A stretch of DNA of 64,000 nucleotides from Vitrella brassicaformis CCMP3155 (GCA_001179505.1 CDMY01000284.1:76831-140830), one strand, 5' to 3'; shown: positions 13,101 through 26,700, counted from the stretch's first letter. Notes: a model not told the origin generated them from the sequence alone. Program-made: numbers and translations.

Positions 13101-14311
13101 TGCCCCCACCGGTCCCTCCCGGGATTCGACCCAGACGACGTCACCTGGGCCGACAACGTCACCACGGCCGAGCTCCTTGAGCTGAAGGAGACGATGCCCA
13201 ACAGCGTCATCACCATCAACGGGGAGCCGACGTTCCTCGCCGTGCGGTTCTACACGACCGTGCTGCGCTTCGCCACCTACCCCGAGATGGTGCCTCTGGC
13301 CAAGTATCTCGAGAGATGGGAGGGAGAGCTGCGCGACCAGGGGCAGCAGGTGGCCGTCACTGGCGGCGAGGCGCTCGAGTACGTCAACTACGAGACGCTC
13401 AAGTACTTCCCGTGGGAGATCATCTTCATGTTCCTTATCGGCATGTGCATCCTGCTGGTCTTGCTCACCCTCACCCTGCAAAACTACATGCTCGGCCCCA
13501 TGGCGGTGAGTTAGCACAACACGCACACCAACACAACACAGCTCATCCGTTGAACGAGTGAATGATTAATGCATCCCCCCTGTCTGTCTGTCTGTCTGCC
13601 TGTGCAGCTGTTTTCGATGGCGTGTGCAATGGTGGTCATGCAGGGCATCGCGTCGATGGCGTGCTATGGGCGCATCGGGGCCTACGAGGGGGTCAACCTG
13701 GCGCTCTCCGTCACACACTTATGCGTACCAACGTAAGAAACCGAACCGCACACACAAGAGACACACCCAGCCAGGCGTCAATGTCCTCCCTCCTGTTGTT
13801 TGTGTCCTTGGCCTCAGGTTACTCCTGGCGATATTCTATGCTGTGGCGTCCTGGTGAGCACCGATGGGATCACATGCACACACACACACACACACAGAGA
13901 GAGAGAGGGTGGGGTGCTTGCTTCTAGCTGACGTCAGTCACTGTGTGTGTTGCCACTTTGTGTGATGTGTTGTGTGTTAACTGCAGGGAGGGTATATCTG
14001 ATCGTGTAGGTCGTGTGAAGGCTGCGCTGAGAGGGGGCGCACCGGCGGCGGCCGTGTACTCTGTCTATGTCGTGATGGCGGGGTCACTCTTCTCGGTCAC
14101 CGAGTCTGTGCCGCTCATGAAGGTACACACACACACAGAGAGAGAGAGAGAGGGGCAGGGTGAATGTTGTGTGCTTGTTCGTGTGGTTTGTGTGGTTCAG
14201 TTTGGTTTGCTGGCACTGATTGCTGCCGCCACGGGCCTGGTGATGGCGTTCCTCATATTCTTGCCGGTATGCAGACACACACACACACATCCACACACAC
14301 ACACATGATGG

Positions 14312-14345
<34 letters not shown>

Positions 14346-14460
14346 TGTGCAGCTGTGTGTGCTGGTTGGTCCGAGAGGTCAGGAGTACGATGTCCGGCCC
14401 TGCTGGCCGTCCAGCAACATCAAGCCGCTGACCACAGAATGCGAAAGCACCTTGCCGTGA
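10165..14460 (+). CDS. Dispatched/Patched-like RND (sterol-sensing-domain) multipass membrane protein
   Basis: TM1, a lumenal loop (VLTPERLQIMCEVEKVVVKHPLYRGVC), a five-TM block ending LILPHIFLCVEQY, a second loop, then a second five-TM block ending FGLLALI...FLP|LCVLVGP. The start codon may lie further upstream. Confidence 0.75.
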
Positions 14461-14801
14461 TGACATGACATTACACTACACGTGGGAACACACCCCGGGT
14501 GTCTCTTGGTTGGCTGGTCGGCTGGGTGCCAGTGCGTGAGTGGTCTTTACTTCCTTATTAATTACTTTATTACCTACCTTCCTTGAACGCCGTAGGCTGA
14601 TAGGGTAGGCTTGTAGCTAGCTAGGCCCGCAGGTGCACGTTCAGTGGACCAATGCTGAGCGGAGAGGGAGGGGGGGAAGGGTGCGTTTCTCTGTCTTTCT
14701 GCTGTTTTCTGTATCATGGCTGGCATGACCGTTCCTTGTGTGTGTGTGTGTGTATACGTGTCGACACACATTGCGTACGACGGGAGGGGGAGGGGGTGGG
14801 C

Positions 14802-15101
14802 NNNNNNNNNNNNNNNNNNNNNNNNNNNNNNNNNNNNNNNNNNNNNNNNNNNNNNNNNNNNNNNNNNNNNNNNNNNNNNNNNNNNNNNNNNNNNNNNNNN
14901 NNNNNNNNNNNNNNNNNNNNNNNNNNNNNNNNNNNNNNNNNNNNNNNNNNNNNNNNNNNNNNNNNNNNNNNNNNNNNNNNNNNNNNNNNNNNNNNNNNNN
15001 NNNNNNNNNNNNNNNNNNNNNNNNNNNNNNNNNNNNNNNNNNNNNNNNNNNNNNNNNNNNNNNNNNNNNNNNNNNNNNNNNNNNNNNNNNNNNNNNNNNN
15101 N
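14802..15101. other. Assembly gap (300 N)
   Basis: Run of N. Confidence 0.99.
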
Positions 15102-18100
15102 GGAGGGCGGGGAGGAAGGATGTGTTGATTGATGTGTCTGCTATGTTGTGTCTTTTGTCGATCCATCCATCCATCCATCGATTGATTGCATTGACCACTC
15201 TGCCTCAACGCATCCATCCAGCCATGTGGATCCTGTCCATGTGTGTGTGAGTGTGTCGTGCCCGCTGCTCCTTTATGTGTCTTGTCTTGTCTTGTCTTGT
15301 CGTCTTGTGTGTGCATGCTTGCAGCCGTCCATCCATCCATCCATCGGTGGCGTATAGGTAGAAAGACAGACAGACGACGGCTGGTCGATTACATGGAGCA
15401 GGAGCGAGCGGGGCGTGCCGTGCCGTGCCGTGCCGAGATGGTGTGACGCGATGTGGTGGATGTCGGTGTGTATACCTGTGTCGACGCGTATCAGTCAGTC
15501 GCCCGCCCGCCCCCGCACTCAGCTCACTCCACTCACTTGCTCACTTCCCGGTAGGCAGGCAGGCAGGCAGGCAGGCAGAGGTGTATTGCACTGCGTGTGC
15601 GGCCCTCTGGGACGGTGCCTTGTCCCGTGCCGTCGGCAGCTGCTTGGCTGGTCATTGCAGTGGTCTGAGAGCGGCCACTGCCAGCCATGCAGCAGCTTGC
15701 AGTGCTCGAGAAGGCACCAACCAAAGGAGTTGCCCAGCACAACTAGCTCACACAGAGAGAGATCCGGTTCGGCTGGCCGACCCTCCACACAACCGACTGA
15801 CTCACCGACCTGCCTATATATCGCCAAACTAACCAACTAACTATGCCGTCCGTGCTGGGTGCGATGTGCGTGTGTGGGTGCGTTGTGCGTATGTGTGTGT
15901 GTCCGTGTGTATGTCAGTCAGGTCTTTTATTCGAGTGATGGGTGTCTGTCTGTCCTTGGTTGGTGGAAACACCGAATACAAACAAGGAGAGAGAGCGTAA
16001 GGCTTGTACCGTACGAGTGCGTGTCTACTCGTGTTCGTGTATGGTATGTGTCTGTTCGTGGTGTGTGGGGTGGGTGGGTGGGTGGGGAGGGTGTCACTCG
16101 CCGTCTGTCTGCCCGTCTGTCTGTCTGTCTTGCTCAAAATCGCATTGCACACCACACTTGTTGGTTGCGCTTGCGCTGCGGGGCTGCGTTGGTCGGTTCG
16201 GTCCACCCACTGTGATGCCATGCCATGCGTGTGATGGATGCCTCGACTGTGTATGTGTCCAAATTTGCCGGCCCACCTGCATGTGGTTGGATGAATGGCT
16301 CTTTTCTGTGTGTCCTTTCCTGTCTGTCTACCTGTCTGTCTGTCTGTCTGTCTGTCATATTGCTGCCCACTTTGCGGCGGTTTTTCTCCCCTCCCCTCCC
16401 CTCCCTCTGTCTACCTGTCTGCCTGTCTGTCTGTCTGGTGGTGTTGTTAACCAGTGGAAGGGCCTCTGAGCTGCGGTCCGGATGGTCTCTTCTTCCCTAT
16501 TTGTATACCAACCACTTTCACCCACTCACCCACTCACTGACTCACTGCTGGCTGGCCGGATGTATGTATGGCTGGATGTATCATCCACAAACCACTGACT
16601 GACTGACTACACTTGTGACCTGTGTCAGTGGACAGCGACACAACGTGACGTGACCTGACGTGACCGCGACGCCGATGCGATCGATGCCTGCCTGCCTGCC
16701 TGCCTGATCATTTGGGACCACAGACAGACAGACACACAGACAGACAGAGAAGGCACAGCGCACCGAACCGAACCGAAACGAACCGCAACCGATCTTTTTC
16801 TCTGACCAAACAATCGATCGCTCTTTTTCTCTGGCTGACTTTCGGGGGCCGTGGCCGGCTGGGGGAGTGGGTGCTGGCCCCACTCACCTCACCACCCCTC
16901 CCCTCCCCTCCTTTCTTCACCAAACGAACGGACCGCTGCGCGTGGTGTGTGTCCTTTTCTTTTATCTCTTTTGCCGCGTGAGTGACGGACGTGTGGCAGT
17001 GCACATCGACTTGTGTATGTGTGTCCATGTCAGTCATGTCATGTGTATGCTATGCCCCTGCAGGTGATGATGTATGTCATTCGTGAATGATGGATGGGAT
17101 GGGGGTCGTCTGGTGCGGTGCCTGCCTCTGTCCGCTATGCATTGTGACGTGACGTGATCTTTTCTGGTCGTGGTGGTGAGAGAAGGGAAGGAATGTACAT
17201 GGCTTCGTGCGAGTGGAGGAGTGAGCGTGGCTTTGTTTGGTTTTGGTCTTGGTCTGGTATGGTCTGCCTTGCCTTGCCTTGCATTGCCTGCGTGTCACGT
17301 CACGCATCTGCCATGATGTATGTGGTCGGTTCGGTCGTGGGTCTGCCTGCCTGCCTGCCTGCCGTGTAAGTCTGGGTGGGCGGGCAGCTCGAAATGATAA
17401 TATCCTGTTTTTACCGAGGGGAGGACAGAAAGGCTCGATAGGCTCGGTCGGTCGATGGATCGATAGCTGCAGCGGCAACAAACCAGCCAACGAACGAACG
17501 AAGGACAAGGAAAGGAATTGAAGGCATTTTGATTGATGTATCCCTGTGTGCCGGTTTGTGTGTCGTTGATCCACCCTTGTGTGCGCGATGGATTTGTCAA
17601 GAAAGAGGGGCGGCGAGGAGCGGTCGCTGTTCGGATCTGATCGGTCGACCACATGACATGCATGGGGCTGGGTGGCTGGGTGGGTGGGTGGAAGGGGGTC
17701 CACTTGCGCGCACACGCAGTTTTACTGGTCTGGTCTTACCCCTACACCCTCACACCATGATATGTATCCCACACTATGTCATGTCGGTCAGTGGTAGTCA
17801 GCACAGCACATGTGGCACACACACACGCCGCGTCCATTGCCAGCGTGGATACAAACAATGACGTACCTTGTTGATGTGATGGTATGGTCCGTGGTTCTTG
17901 GTCGTGCGCGAGTAGGGGCGTACGTCCGTGCGTCAGATAGATTATCAGGCTGGCTGGCATTTTATGCTACCCAATCAATCGTTTTTCATGCAATTGAACA
18001 CAGCACAGGTAGGGGAGACAGACACTGGGGTACTCACTCACTCAAGTCACCGTACCGTACGTGAGAGCTCCTGTCCGTCCGTCCGTCCGTCCGTCCGCTG

Positions 18101-18600
18101 CTGCATTCAGTGCACCCGCTGTTGCATGGCATGCACCTCAGTCGCTTCACGTGTGTATGTCTGTCTGTCCGTCATTCACACACTCATTCACTCACTCACC
18201 TCTGTCTGTCAGGTGTGCACCCACCCAATCATCCCACGTACGTACGTACGCGTCACCCACCTCTTCATGCCCTCATTGCCTTCTCGCTCGCCATGTCAGT
18301 CATGTCATGTCACCCATGTCATCGACCGACCGGCCGACCGATCGCACCATGCCTGGCCTGTTTTGCGGGCGTCATGATGCGCGTGTGCGTGGGAGTGTGT
18401 GTCTGGACGCTGGGTGTTTGTCCTGTCCGCCGTGTGCTGTGTGTGCATGTGACTCTTCTCGCTCGTTCGTTGTGTGATTCGTGTACGTATCTTTAGTAAG
18501 GTTATCTGGCAAAGGAAATGTCGACAATCTTGTCAGTCACAGCACCGAGCCAAACCCGCACAGTCACAGCAAGGAACCAACCCCCAACCAACCAGCCAGC
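15102..18600. repeat. Microsatellite-dense non-coding tract
   Basis: (GTCT)n, (CATC)n, (GGCA)n, (GT)n, (CGAAC)n and (GTCAT)n runs. ORFs here translate only the repeats. Confidence 0.8.
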
Positions 18601-18624
18601 CCCCCCAACAGCTTCTGGAATCCA

Positions 18625-20480
18625 TCATTTGGTGCCGTCGTCATCTCTCCCCCGGTGAGCAAACCCCCGAGAGGCATACACATCACGACTGTGAGGGATC
18701 TCCAGCATGGCTGACGGGCCCGTCGACTGCCCTCCCCCTCCTACACCGACACTCTTGCAGTTGGTAACCTTGGTGTGCGGCTCGAAGACCAACGTGACTG
18801 ACGGCACGATCAGCTTCTGCCGCGATGCGTCCCAGTATGGCTTGACCACCAACACCGGCGCCGGCTGCCCATCCTTGACGCGGATCACGCGCGCCTCTGT
18901 CTCCAACTCCACGGGCAGGGGAGAGGCCCCTCTTGGTGCTGGCGGAATAATGGGTGGCTGCCGTGGCTGTTGTGGGAGTGGAGGAGGAGCAGCAGGCTGA
19001 CTAATCGTCTCGGGCTGTGGGACAGGCCGACTAATCACGTTTCCCTCTGAAGGTTTCGGCAGTTGTGGAGCAGGCTGAGGCACAGTTAGCGGAGCCGCTG
19101 AAGCCGGAGACACCATGAGGGGCTGAGAGGCAGGCTGAGCTTCCCTGACAGCCATTTGGGGAACCGGTCGTGGCATGATGACCGGCGAGGCAACTGGTGC
19201 CTCCTGGGGCTGTGGGGCTGTGACGGGCTGAGCAGATGTCGGCCCGGTGGGGGACGCACTAGCTTCTGCCGTCTGCCAGACGGGCTGCTGCACAGGACCT
19301 TCCCTGATGATCGGCTGACTAATCGCTTGTTCCACAGCTTTGGGCGCTTGTGGCGGAGCCGCTGAAGCCGGTGACACCATGAGGGGCTGTGAGGCAGGTT
19401 GAGCTTTCATGACAGCCATTTGGGGGACCGGTCGGCGCATGATCTCAGGCGGAGCGGCTGTCGGCTCCTGGGGCTGTGGGGCTCTGACGGGCTGAGGGAA
19501 GGTCTCACGAGTGGGGGATGCAGTACTTTCTGCGGTCTGCCAGACGGGCTGCTTCACAGGAGTCTCTCTGATGATCGGCCGAGAGGACGCTGCGAGAGGT
19601 GCTGGGGGTGGAAGGGGCCTGTATACCTCTGTAGCCGGCGCAGAGGGCCTGCTGGTCACACGTGGTGGGACAACTGGTAGTACAGCCTCCCGTCTCGGCA
19701 ATGGCACTTGAACTGGGGCCTGGACTTGTGGTGCAGGGGGCCTGTATTGCTCAGTTGGCAGCTCGAGGTAGTGCTGGTCTTCAGCCGTGATGAGCCCATA
19801 CAGGTGAGCCGGTGCCTCCAGCTGCCGAGGGTCAGACCGCAGCGCCACCTGCAGTGCCTCCTCGTAAGCACGGGTTCTCACTGACCCTCTCTCCGCCCGA
19901 GGCTCGCTCCTGCTTCTCACGTGTGCCTTTCGAGATGCCGTCGCGACGTCAATGTCTGTCTGCAGAGGGTCTCCACTGCCGAGAATGAGAGGCTCTGGCG
20001 GCCTCCTCGAGTGGTGCCTGTGCATTGTGTTGACTGGCTGGTCCGCTGGGTCAGGGGCAGGCTGTCTTTGTATGGCCCCCCGCATCAGCGGCTGTCCCGC
20101 CGACATGGGGAAGGTGACGTTGATAGCAGAGGGCGGCGGGGCACGCCAATAAGCGTGGGGCAATGCAGTGACTGGGAAGGAGTCCTGAGACGATCCCGTA
20201 CGAGTCCTGCGAGTGCGAGTGCCTCTGAGATTAAGAAACACCACTGCAGTCAACGAGGCTCAGATTGCACACGCTCCTTTCGCTCTCACCTGAGCAGCAT
20301 TAGTCGTTCGGAGGAGTCCAGGGGCTCCACAAACAGTGCCAGCACGATGAAGAGTATCTCGAGTGGCAGAATTGGACCTGCCGAGGAGGGGCAGAGCATC
20401 GCCAGGTAGGAGAGGACGATGAGTGCGTCGAGTCTGCGGCTAAGGCAGCGGATGGATAGGCCTCCCATGCATGTTGGCAT
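18625..20480 (-). CDS. Pro/Ala/Gln-rich protein with hydrophobic N-terminus (secreted or surface)
   Basis: 542-aa ORF joined in frame to an upstream exon (MPTCMGG...LIVLSYLAMLCPSSAG...RLMLL|RGTR) using the ctcag acceptor. Confidence 0.7.
19085..19585 (-). repeat. Two in-frame 264-bp (88-aa) internal repeats
   Basis: QPVWQTAE...PQPQE...RPVPQMAV..AQPASQPLMVSPASAAP occurs twice; anchors at 19271 and 19535. Confidence 0.9.
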
Positions 20481-20588
20481 GGAGATCAGCTCACACACGC
20501 TTGTGTCCACAGAGACGAAGACATGCGCGTCTCAGCTGCCGTCTTCAGGCGACCCCCACCCGGCCCCCACCCACAGTCTTTTGCGGCG

Positions 20589-22316
20589 ATGCTGCTGCTG
20601 CCATTTGCACTGACTGCTGCGGCGGTCATCCATAACTCACACCGTGGCAGAAGCTTCCATCACCACCACATCGCCCCGGCCAGGAGAAGGACCATGGCAC
20701 AGCTGCACGAAACAGAAACCAGCAGAAGGAAAGGAGGAACGCCATTGGCTGCAGCCGACAGTGCTGAGGACAACGCCAGAAAGGGAGGCTCGGCGTCCTC
20801 CTCTTTTCGTGGCTTCCTCGATTGGGACTCCCGTCGGCTGGCTCCTTCGGGCAATAATACCTCAGCATTCTCTCCAGCTTCATTCCTCGGCGAGCTGAAG
20901 CGCCTCTTCATTCGAGATCCAAGCGCACCTCTGCCGCCAATTTCAATGCCACCGCACCTGGCTTTCGTCCAGATGTCGTCGAATGCAACACACTCTCCCG
21001 GTCAGCGTGTCCGCAGCACCGTCCGCAATGGGCCATCTATGAGTCTGCCTGACATGACTTTGGCCAGCGGTGGTCTCGATGCCCAGCAGGTCACCATGTT
21101 GGCCGACAAGGAAAGGCCCATCATGATGACCAATGCGAGCGTTCTTCCCGCGGGGCCGTTCGATACGGCCAAGAACGGCAGCAGGGACATGCAAGCAGCC
21201 TCACTTGGCGACCTGCTCGAGCGTGTCAGGGCGCCGTCTGCTCCAAAGAAGCCCTTTCATGTGTCTGTCGCACAGAACAGCACTGAAGGAGGTGAGATCA
21301 TCCATCGCGGTGACATATCCCTCAATTTTCTTCTCTTCATATATGTGCAGATCTGGCGAGTGAAGCGGACCATCTAATGGCAGTGTCGCAAACCGCCGCC
21401 AACAACAAAGCCAAAGCAAAGACTTTTCGTAAGCGCATCCCCGCATGCACATGTGCAAGCACACAGACATGGAAACGACTCTTGCTCACAGGTTTGGCTC
21501 CCGAGGAGACACCGGAGGTCGACACGTTCACGGGGGATCTGGACGCAGGCCCAGTGTCGACAGGGCGTGGCAGCTTCATCCAAAGATTCCAAACTGACCG
21601 ACAGGCCACTCGCAGAGGAACGAGAGACATTAACGGTACGCATCGGTCATGCATTGCTGGACGATATTGCCGGACTTGTTTGTCCGGTCATCAGGCGGTG
21701 ATGACCCTTCATGGGGCGAGGAGGTGCCCACGGGCGACAGGGGGGACGGAGGAGACATGATTCAGGACGACTCGCCTGCCACTCCGATGTCCGACCCCTC
21801 TCGCTCTCTCTATGACATACGGCCGCCCATGGCTCCTGTAGCCAGCCCGCCTATCGGCTTCACATCGATGAGCGCAGCAGCATACAGCGGCCGACCGGCT
21901 GCGCCGCTGGGCCCTGAAGACGCGGGGGACATGCGGATGCTGCTGAAGAACACAGCTGCACAATACCAGATGAAGGCGTCTCTCTATAGGCCGCCTTCGC
22001 CGCTACAGACGGCGGTGGGGCCAATGTACTCAGACGAGCCAGAAGGGTATGCCAATAATGAGGCGGCATACGGGCCAATAGCGCCCCTGCAGATGAGGCG
22101 GCCCGCGGCGCTGCCGATGTTTCGATACGGCGGCAGTAGTGGTCGGCAGCGCTGTGCTTTTCATATGTGTCGCTGTTTAACCCTCGTGCGTCTTTCTTGT
22201 CTTGGTCAGGTTACGGTGAAGGTGTGCCCGACATGCAGGGATTTGACGGTTTCATAGAGATGAGAGCCGAAAAGAGGAGACAGCGGAGAAGACGACGGAC
22301 AAGGGCACACAGATAA
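20589..22316 (+). CDS. Secreted low-complexity hypothetical protein (5 exons)
   Basis: Signal-like MLLLPFALTAAAVIH. GT-AG introns at about 21310, 21429, 21637 and 22142 keep one frame to TAA at 22316. An upstream ATG at 20523 is possible. Confidence 0.65.
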
Positions 22317-22499
22317 GGCGGGCAGATGGATGGATGGACGGACGGATGACACTTTGTGAATGAGGGATGGATGGAAGAGCGCTTAGCTTGCTGGACCGCT
22401 TGAGATGTAATGGCGTGTCTCTCAGAGTGTCTCTCGTCTGTCGGAGGCGGTCACTTCAAAAAGAGTCTGGCTTTCCCCCTTATTTCAGTCTGCCTCCCC

Positions 22500-25400
22500 T
22501 TAAGAACAGCTCCCTGCCTCACTCACTCCACTCACCCCCGTCGCCCCGCCCACTGTGAACACCTCGATCTCATCAGCAAAAAACACATCCAGGTTGTATA
22601 CCGGAACCGGTGGCACGTTGGGGTGCAGCGGCTGCAACATCGTTGCCTCCCATCCCGCCCTCACGCAGCACCGCCCATCCGCCCCCTGCGCCCAACCCAA
22701 AGGCGGTGGCGCCCACATCCCCAGCCACTCGAATCCTCCGCCCACGCTCACCTTGGCTAGCTGCCCCTGTTGCTCGTTGTTTGCTTGCGAGACAGTGATG
22801 CAGTAGGGCATCACCGAGGGCGACTGGAAGGTGGGCGGGGAGGCGCCGGATGCCTTGAAGACGAGCCCCGCCGCCTCATAGGCATTGAGAGCTACATGCG
22901 AGGGCGGCTGGATACTCTCGTCAATGAAGCAGCCGTGCATGTCTCCGTCCGAGCGGACGAGGAACAGCAGGCCCCTCGCATCGCCCACACGACCGAGCAT
23001 ATCGGTGTACCCATGCCCGTGCTCAGTCGCCCTGCAACAGGGACAGAGCAAACACCACAAACAGCACATGAGCCAGGCGGAAGAGATGGTCGATGGCTCA
23101 TTCTTACTTGTAGAGAAGCTCAATGCCTGCGATGTGTATGCCTGTCTTCTGCAGTATGGCCATCAGCTGAGCGGCAGAGGCGATCACCGAGGGGCTGGTG
23201 AGACACGGCCCGTCGCCATGCAGCCGCAGCATGGGCTCCATCAGCAGGTCGCGTTGCTGCATGACGGCCATGAGTGGTGCCTTGAGCCGTCGAGGCGCAC
23301 AGGGGGGATCGATCACACTCATGAGGCTAGCAGCATACATGCGGCCGGCGAAGTCGGTGGCGAGCGCCTCGGCTGCGGCATCGGGCGGGAGGGAGGGGAG
23401 GTAGTGTGACAGCTGCTTGACTGTGGCCTCCAGGTTCATGCTCATCTCCAGCCTCTGCTGCTGCTCCTCCGTCTGCATCAGTGATGCGAGCAGCTGGCCA
23501 GTCGACGAGTAGGCAAACGCCACCTTGCGAAACTGGTGGATAAGCACAGACACATTGCAAGGAAATGACACGGTGCCTCCTGCCCTCCACCCATGCACAT
23601 CTGTCCCGATGTGTGCCCATACTTACCGCTGCGATGTGCTCTGCGGTCATGAAGAGCTCTATCTGCCCTTCCGGGAGGTCCATGAAGCTGGAGATCTGAT
23701 GCGCACCGGCCGTCATGACGTAACGCGCGTCTGTGTCCATGGCGTGGATGGCTATCTGCTGGGGCGCAAAGCGTCGCTCCACGGCCTCCATCAGGTCACC
23801 CAGGTGGGAGCGATGGGGCAGGACGACCGTCAGCTCAGAGATGGACTCTACTTCGAGGGCCGACAGAATGAACGTCCCCGGATCGACCACAGCGGCAGAC
23901 GGCACTGCAACAATCGAGACACGGAGACACAGAGACGCTCGAGGGGAGGGTGGATGAGCGCATTCTTCCCCATCTCTTGGCCACTTACCGTCTAGGTGCA
24001 TGACCAGGTTTTTGATGCTAGGCAGGTCGTCCTTGTGATCCCCCAGTGTGATGCCCTCCCTCTCGTCCTCAGCCTTGATGAGGTCGCCGCCACCCTCGGA
24101 CACAAAGCCCAGACTCAGGCGGTCGATCTCACCATGGCCTCGGCTGGTGAGAGCCTGGCGCGCCTCTGCCTCACTGCCGGACATTGCAAGGTCGCTCAGC
24201 GAGGTCATTTGTGCTCTCATGAGTGCCGCCAGGCGGATGGCGATGTCTCCTTCGGCGATGAGTGTCTTGGCCCCCCGCAGCCGTCCGTCGAAGGGCAGCA
24301 CAGGCAGCTGCCGCCCATCTCCTGGCGTCAGGGACGCGAACTGGATCCGGTTCGGCATCTGCGATGCACGAATGCCCTTGAGCAGGTCCAGCACGTCTGC
24401 CGGCGCCATGTCCATCAGCTGCAGGTTGCCGAGATGCGCCCCCTTGCTGAGCAGCATCTTGGCCACTCCCAGCCCGATGCGGCTCTCGACGGTCAGACCT
24501 GTCACCGGGAGGAGCCCGATCGGGCTGAAGGCGTCGAGCTCGGGCGGCTCGGGTGGGATGGCATCGGGTGGCGGGGTCCATCCGTCCGCACACTCGATGG
24601 AAATGCTGTATCCCTCAGGTGGCGCCTCACAAGCTGGGAACACCAGCCCACTCTGCATGCTGTGAGCGATGGGGCCGTTCCGGGGGAGGGCAAGTTGGTC
24701 CTGCGTGACCGTCCAGACGTAGCGGCATTGGGAGGGGCTCGGACCATGCGTCTCGAGTCTCGGGCAGACGAGACTGCTATCCGAGATGCCACGCCGCGCA
24801 CCGTATGTCTGGAGCAGCGTACAGAGGAGTGGGGAGCCGCAGGGGGGCAGCTTGCTGAAATCGAAGCGGGTGTAGGCCAGCAGGTGGGGGAGGGGAATGT
24901 CTTGCACCTCCTCGCCGTCGGCAGGGGGCTGGATGAAGATGCCGACCTCGCCCGAGGGTGAGCAGATTGCGTCGATGAATGTGGCGAGGGCCTTGAATGC
25001 CGCGTAGTCGTTGAGGATCAGCGAATGACAGTCGTTGGGATGCACCTCCACACCCAGGAGATCCAGAGACTTCGAGCAGCCTCGATCCACCAAGCACGCC
25101 TGAAAGCAGAAAGAACACAATCGACAGAGCCAAGAAGCTATCAATGCCGTGGCTGGCCCTCCTCAGTCTTCTGTGTGTCCCCTCGTGTCTTTCTTTCTGT
25201 GTCACCCACCTGGAGGTCCCGAAGGCCGTCTATAAGATCAGCCGATTCGATATCGAAGAGCTTGATGTAGCTGATCGTCTGCAGCTTCGCGAGAGGCCCC
25301 TGGCTCCCCCGCTGCCCCACTGGAATAGACCCGATCAGCTCCGCTACCTGTGATGGCGCCGGCAGGCCTTCGCGCAGATCGACCAGGGACCTCGTCGTGG

Positions 25401-26700
25401 CAACGAACGGCCTGATGTGCGCTATCTCGTCGGACACATGCGTAGACACGCACTCGACGGCCGGTGTTGTCCATCCCCGCCCATCGATGACCGAGTGGGC
25501 AGTGTGAACCCCGATGGCCTCGGTGAGGGCCGCCAGGTTGATGGGGTGGGATGGGGCGGCAGCAAGAGGAGCAGAGTTGATGGTGTTCAGCTGTTCAGCC
25601 TCGGAAAGTGCGAGATCCGAAATTACCACCGGCTCGAAGCTCAGTGACTTGAGCGAGCCCTCGGGCATGCCGGTGACTGGTCCCTCCTTGTCGCGCGCCG
25701 CCTGTCGTCCCGCCGCATGGCCCTCCACCAGTGCGATGACAACCCCGCGGCACCACCCAAATGCACGGACAAAGTGGCCATCTTCGGTCCCTTCTGCCCC
25801 ATCAGGTGTCTGCGGAAATCGATGGACGAGACACTTGAGGTTGATCATCTGTTGGCCGAGCTCGTATGCCGTCTGCGGCGCCATGCTGCTCCAGAATCTC
25901 CGGTGGCGAGTGTTGCTATAGTCGATGACGAGCTCGGTGTGGTGCTGCAGGACGACGCCGCTGAGTGGGGAGGGGAGGGGCGGCTTCAGACACCACACGG
26001 GATTGACAAACGCAAAGACGCCGACGTGAAGCTCTCGAGGCTGTACACACACCGACGGCAGATACAAAGGAATGAATGCATCTGCCACCTTCACTTGAGC
26101 CATCTGTTTGTCGATGCATTCCTACGTACCATGGAGATGCCCGACCAGCCCTGCATCCGAATGGCCTGCCCTTCAGCAGCACCCACAAGAACCAAAGAAG
26201 GACGACTGCACAACACATTGGATGCTGCTGTTTGTGATCTACCTTGAAAACGGCCGCAGCAGCCTCACTATCCTCCGCACCGCCATCAGCGGCATCATCG
26301 CCATCAGCAGACGACGAGGCGGCTTCAGCGTGGCCACCAATACCTGCACGAAATGAGATGCATCAGCAACAGCCGAAGAATGCACCATCAATGGCTTCAG
26401 TACCTTGCTGCCGGGCGACTGGTCGCCAGATCTGCCGCTTGCGAGCCATGCTTGAGCGTCAATAGCGATATCTACCACGACGTCTACAAATCGTCGCCAG
26501 GGAAAGAACGGCGAGGAACGGCCAGGAATCCTGCGAGCTCTCGGCCAGGACAACAGCAAATAAAAGGCAAACGAGAAGCAGGGCGGACCTCTCGAAGCGG
26601 GCACCGGCAACCTTGTGCTTTTCGACATTTCGCGTATCTGCACGAATCTTTGGGTCATCGCTCTCCAGGTGAGGCAACGAGCAGCAAACGAGAGCCTTCT
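22500..26700 (-). CDS. LRR-like lineage-expanded family protein with C-terminal TLDc-like domain
   Basis: LVIDYS..HRRFW...WCRGVVIALVEGHAAGR family core. Spliced LLYK|ATEHG...LLFLVRS...HGCFID...FFADEIEVF resembles TLDc. The 5' end is uncertain; probable exons lie at 26130-26600. Confidence 0.6.
26532..26539 (+). promoter_or_regulatory. TGCGAGCT motif (between LRR-like pair)
   Basis: Exact 8-mer in the shared 5' region. Function is inferred. Confidence 0.35.

Noticed and set aside
14641-15340. Long ORFs spanning the N runs (also 54444-55277)
   Set aside because: Artefacts of translating assembly gaps.
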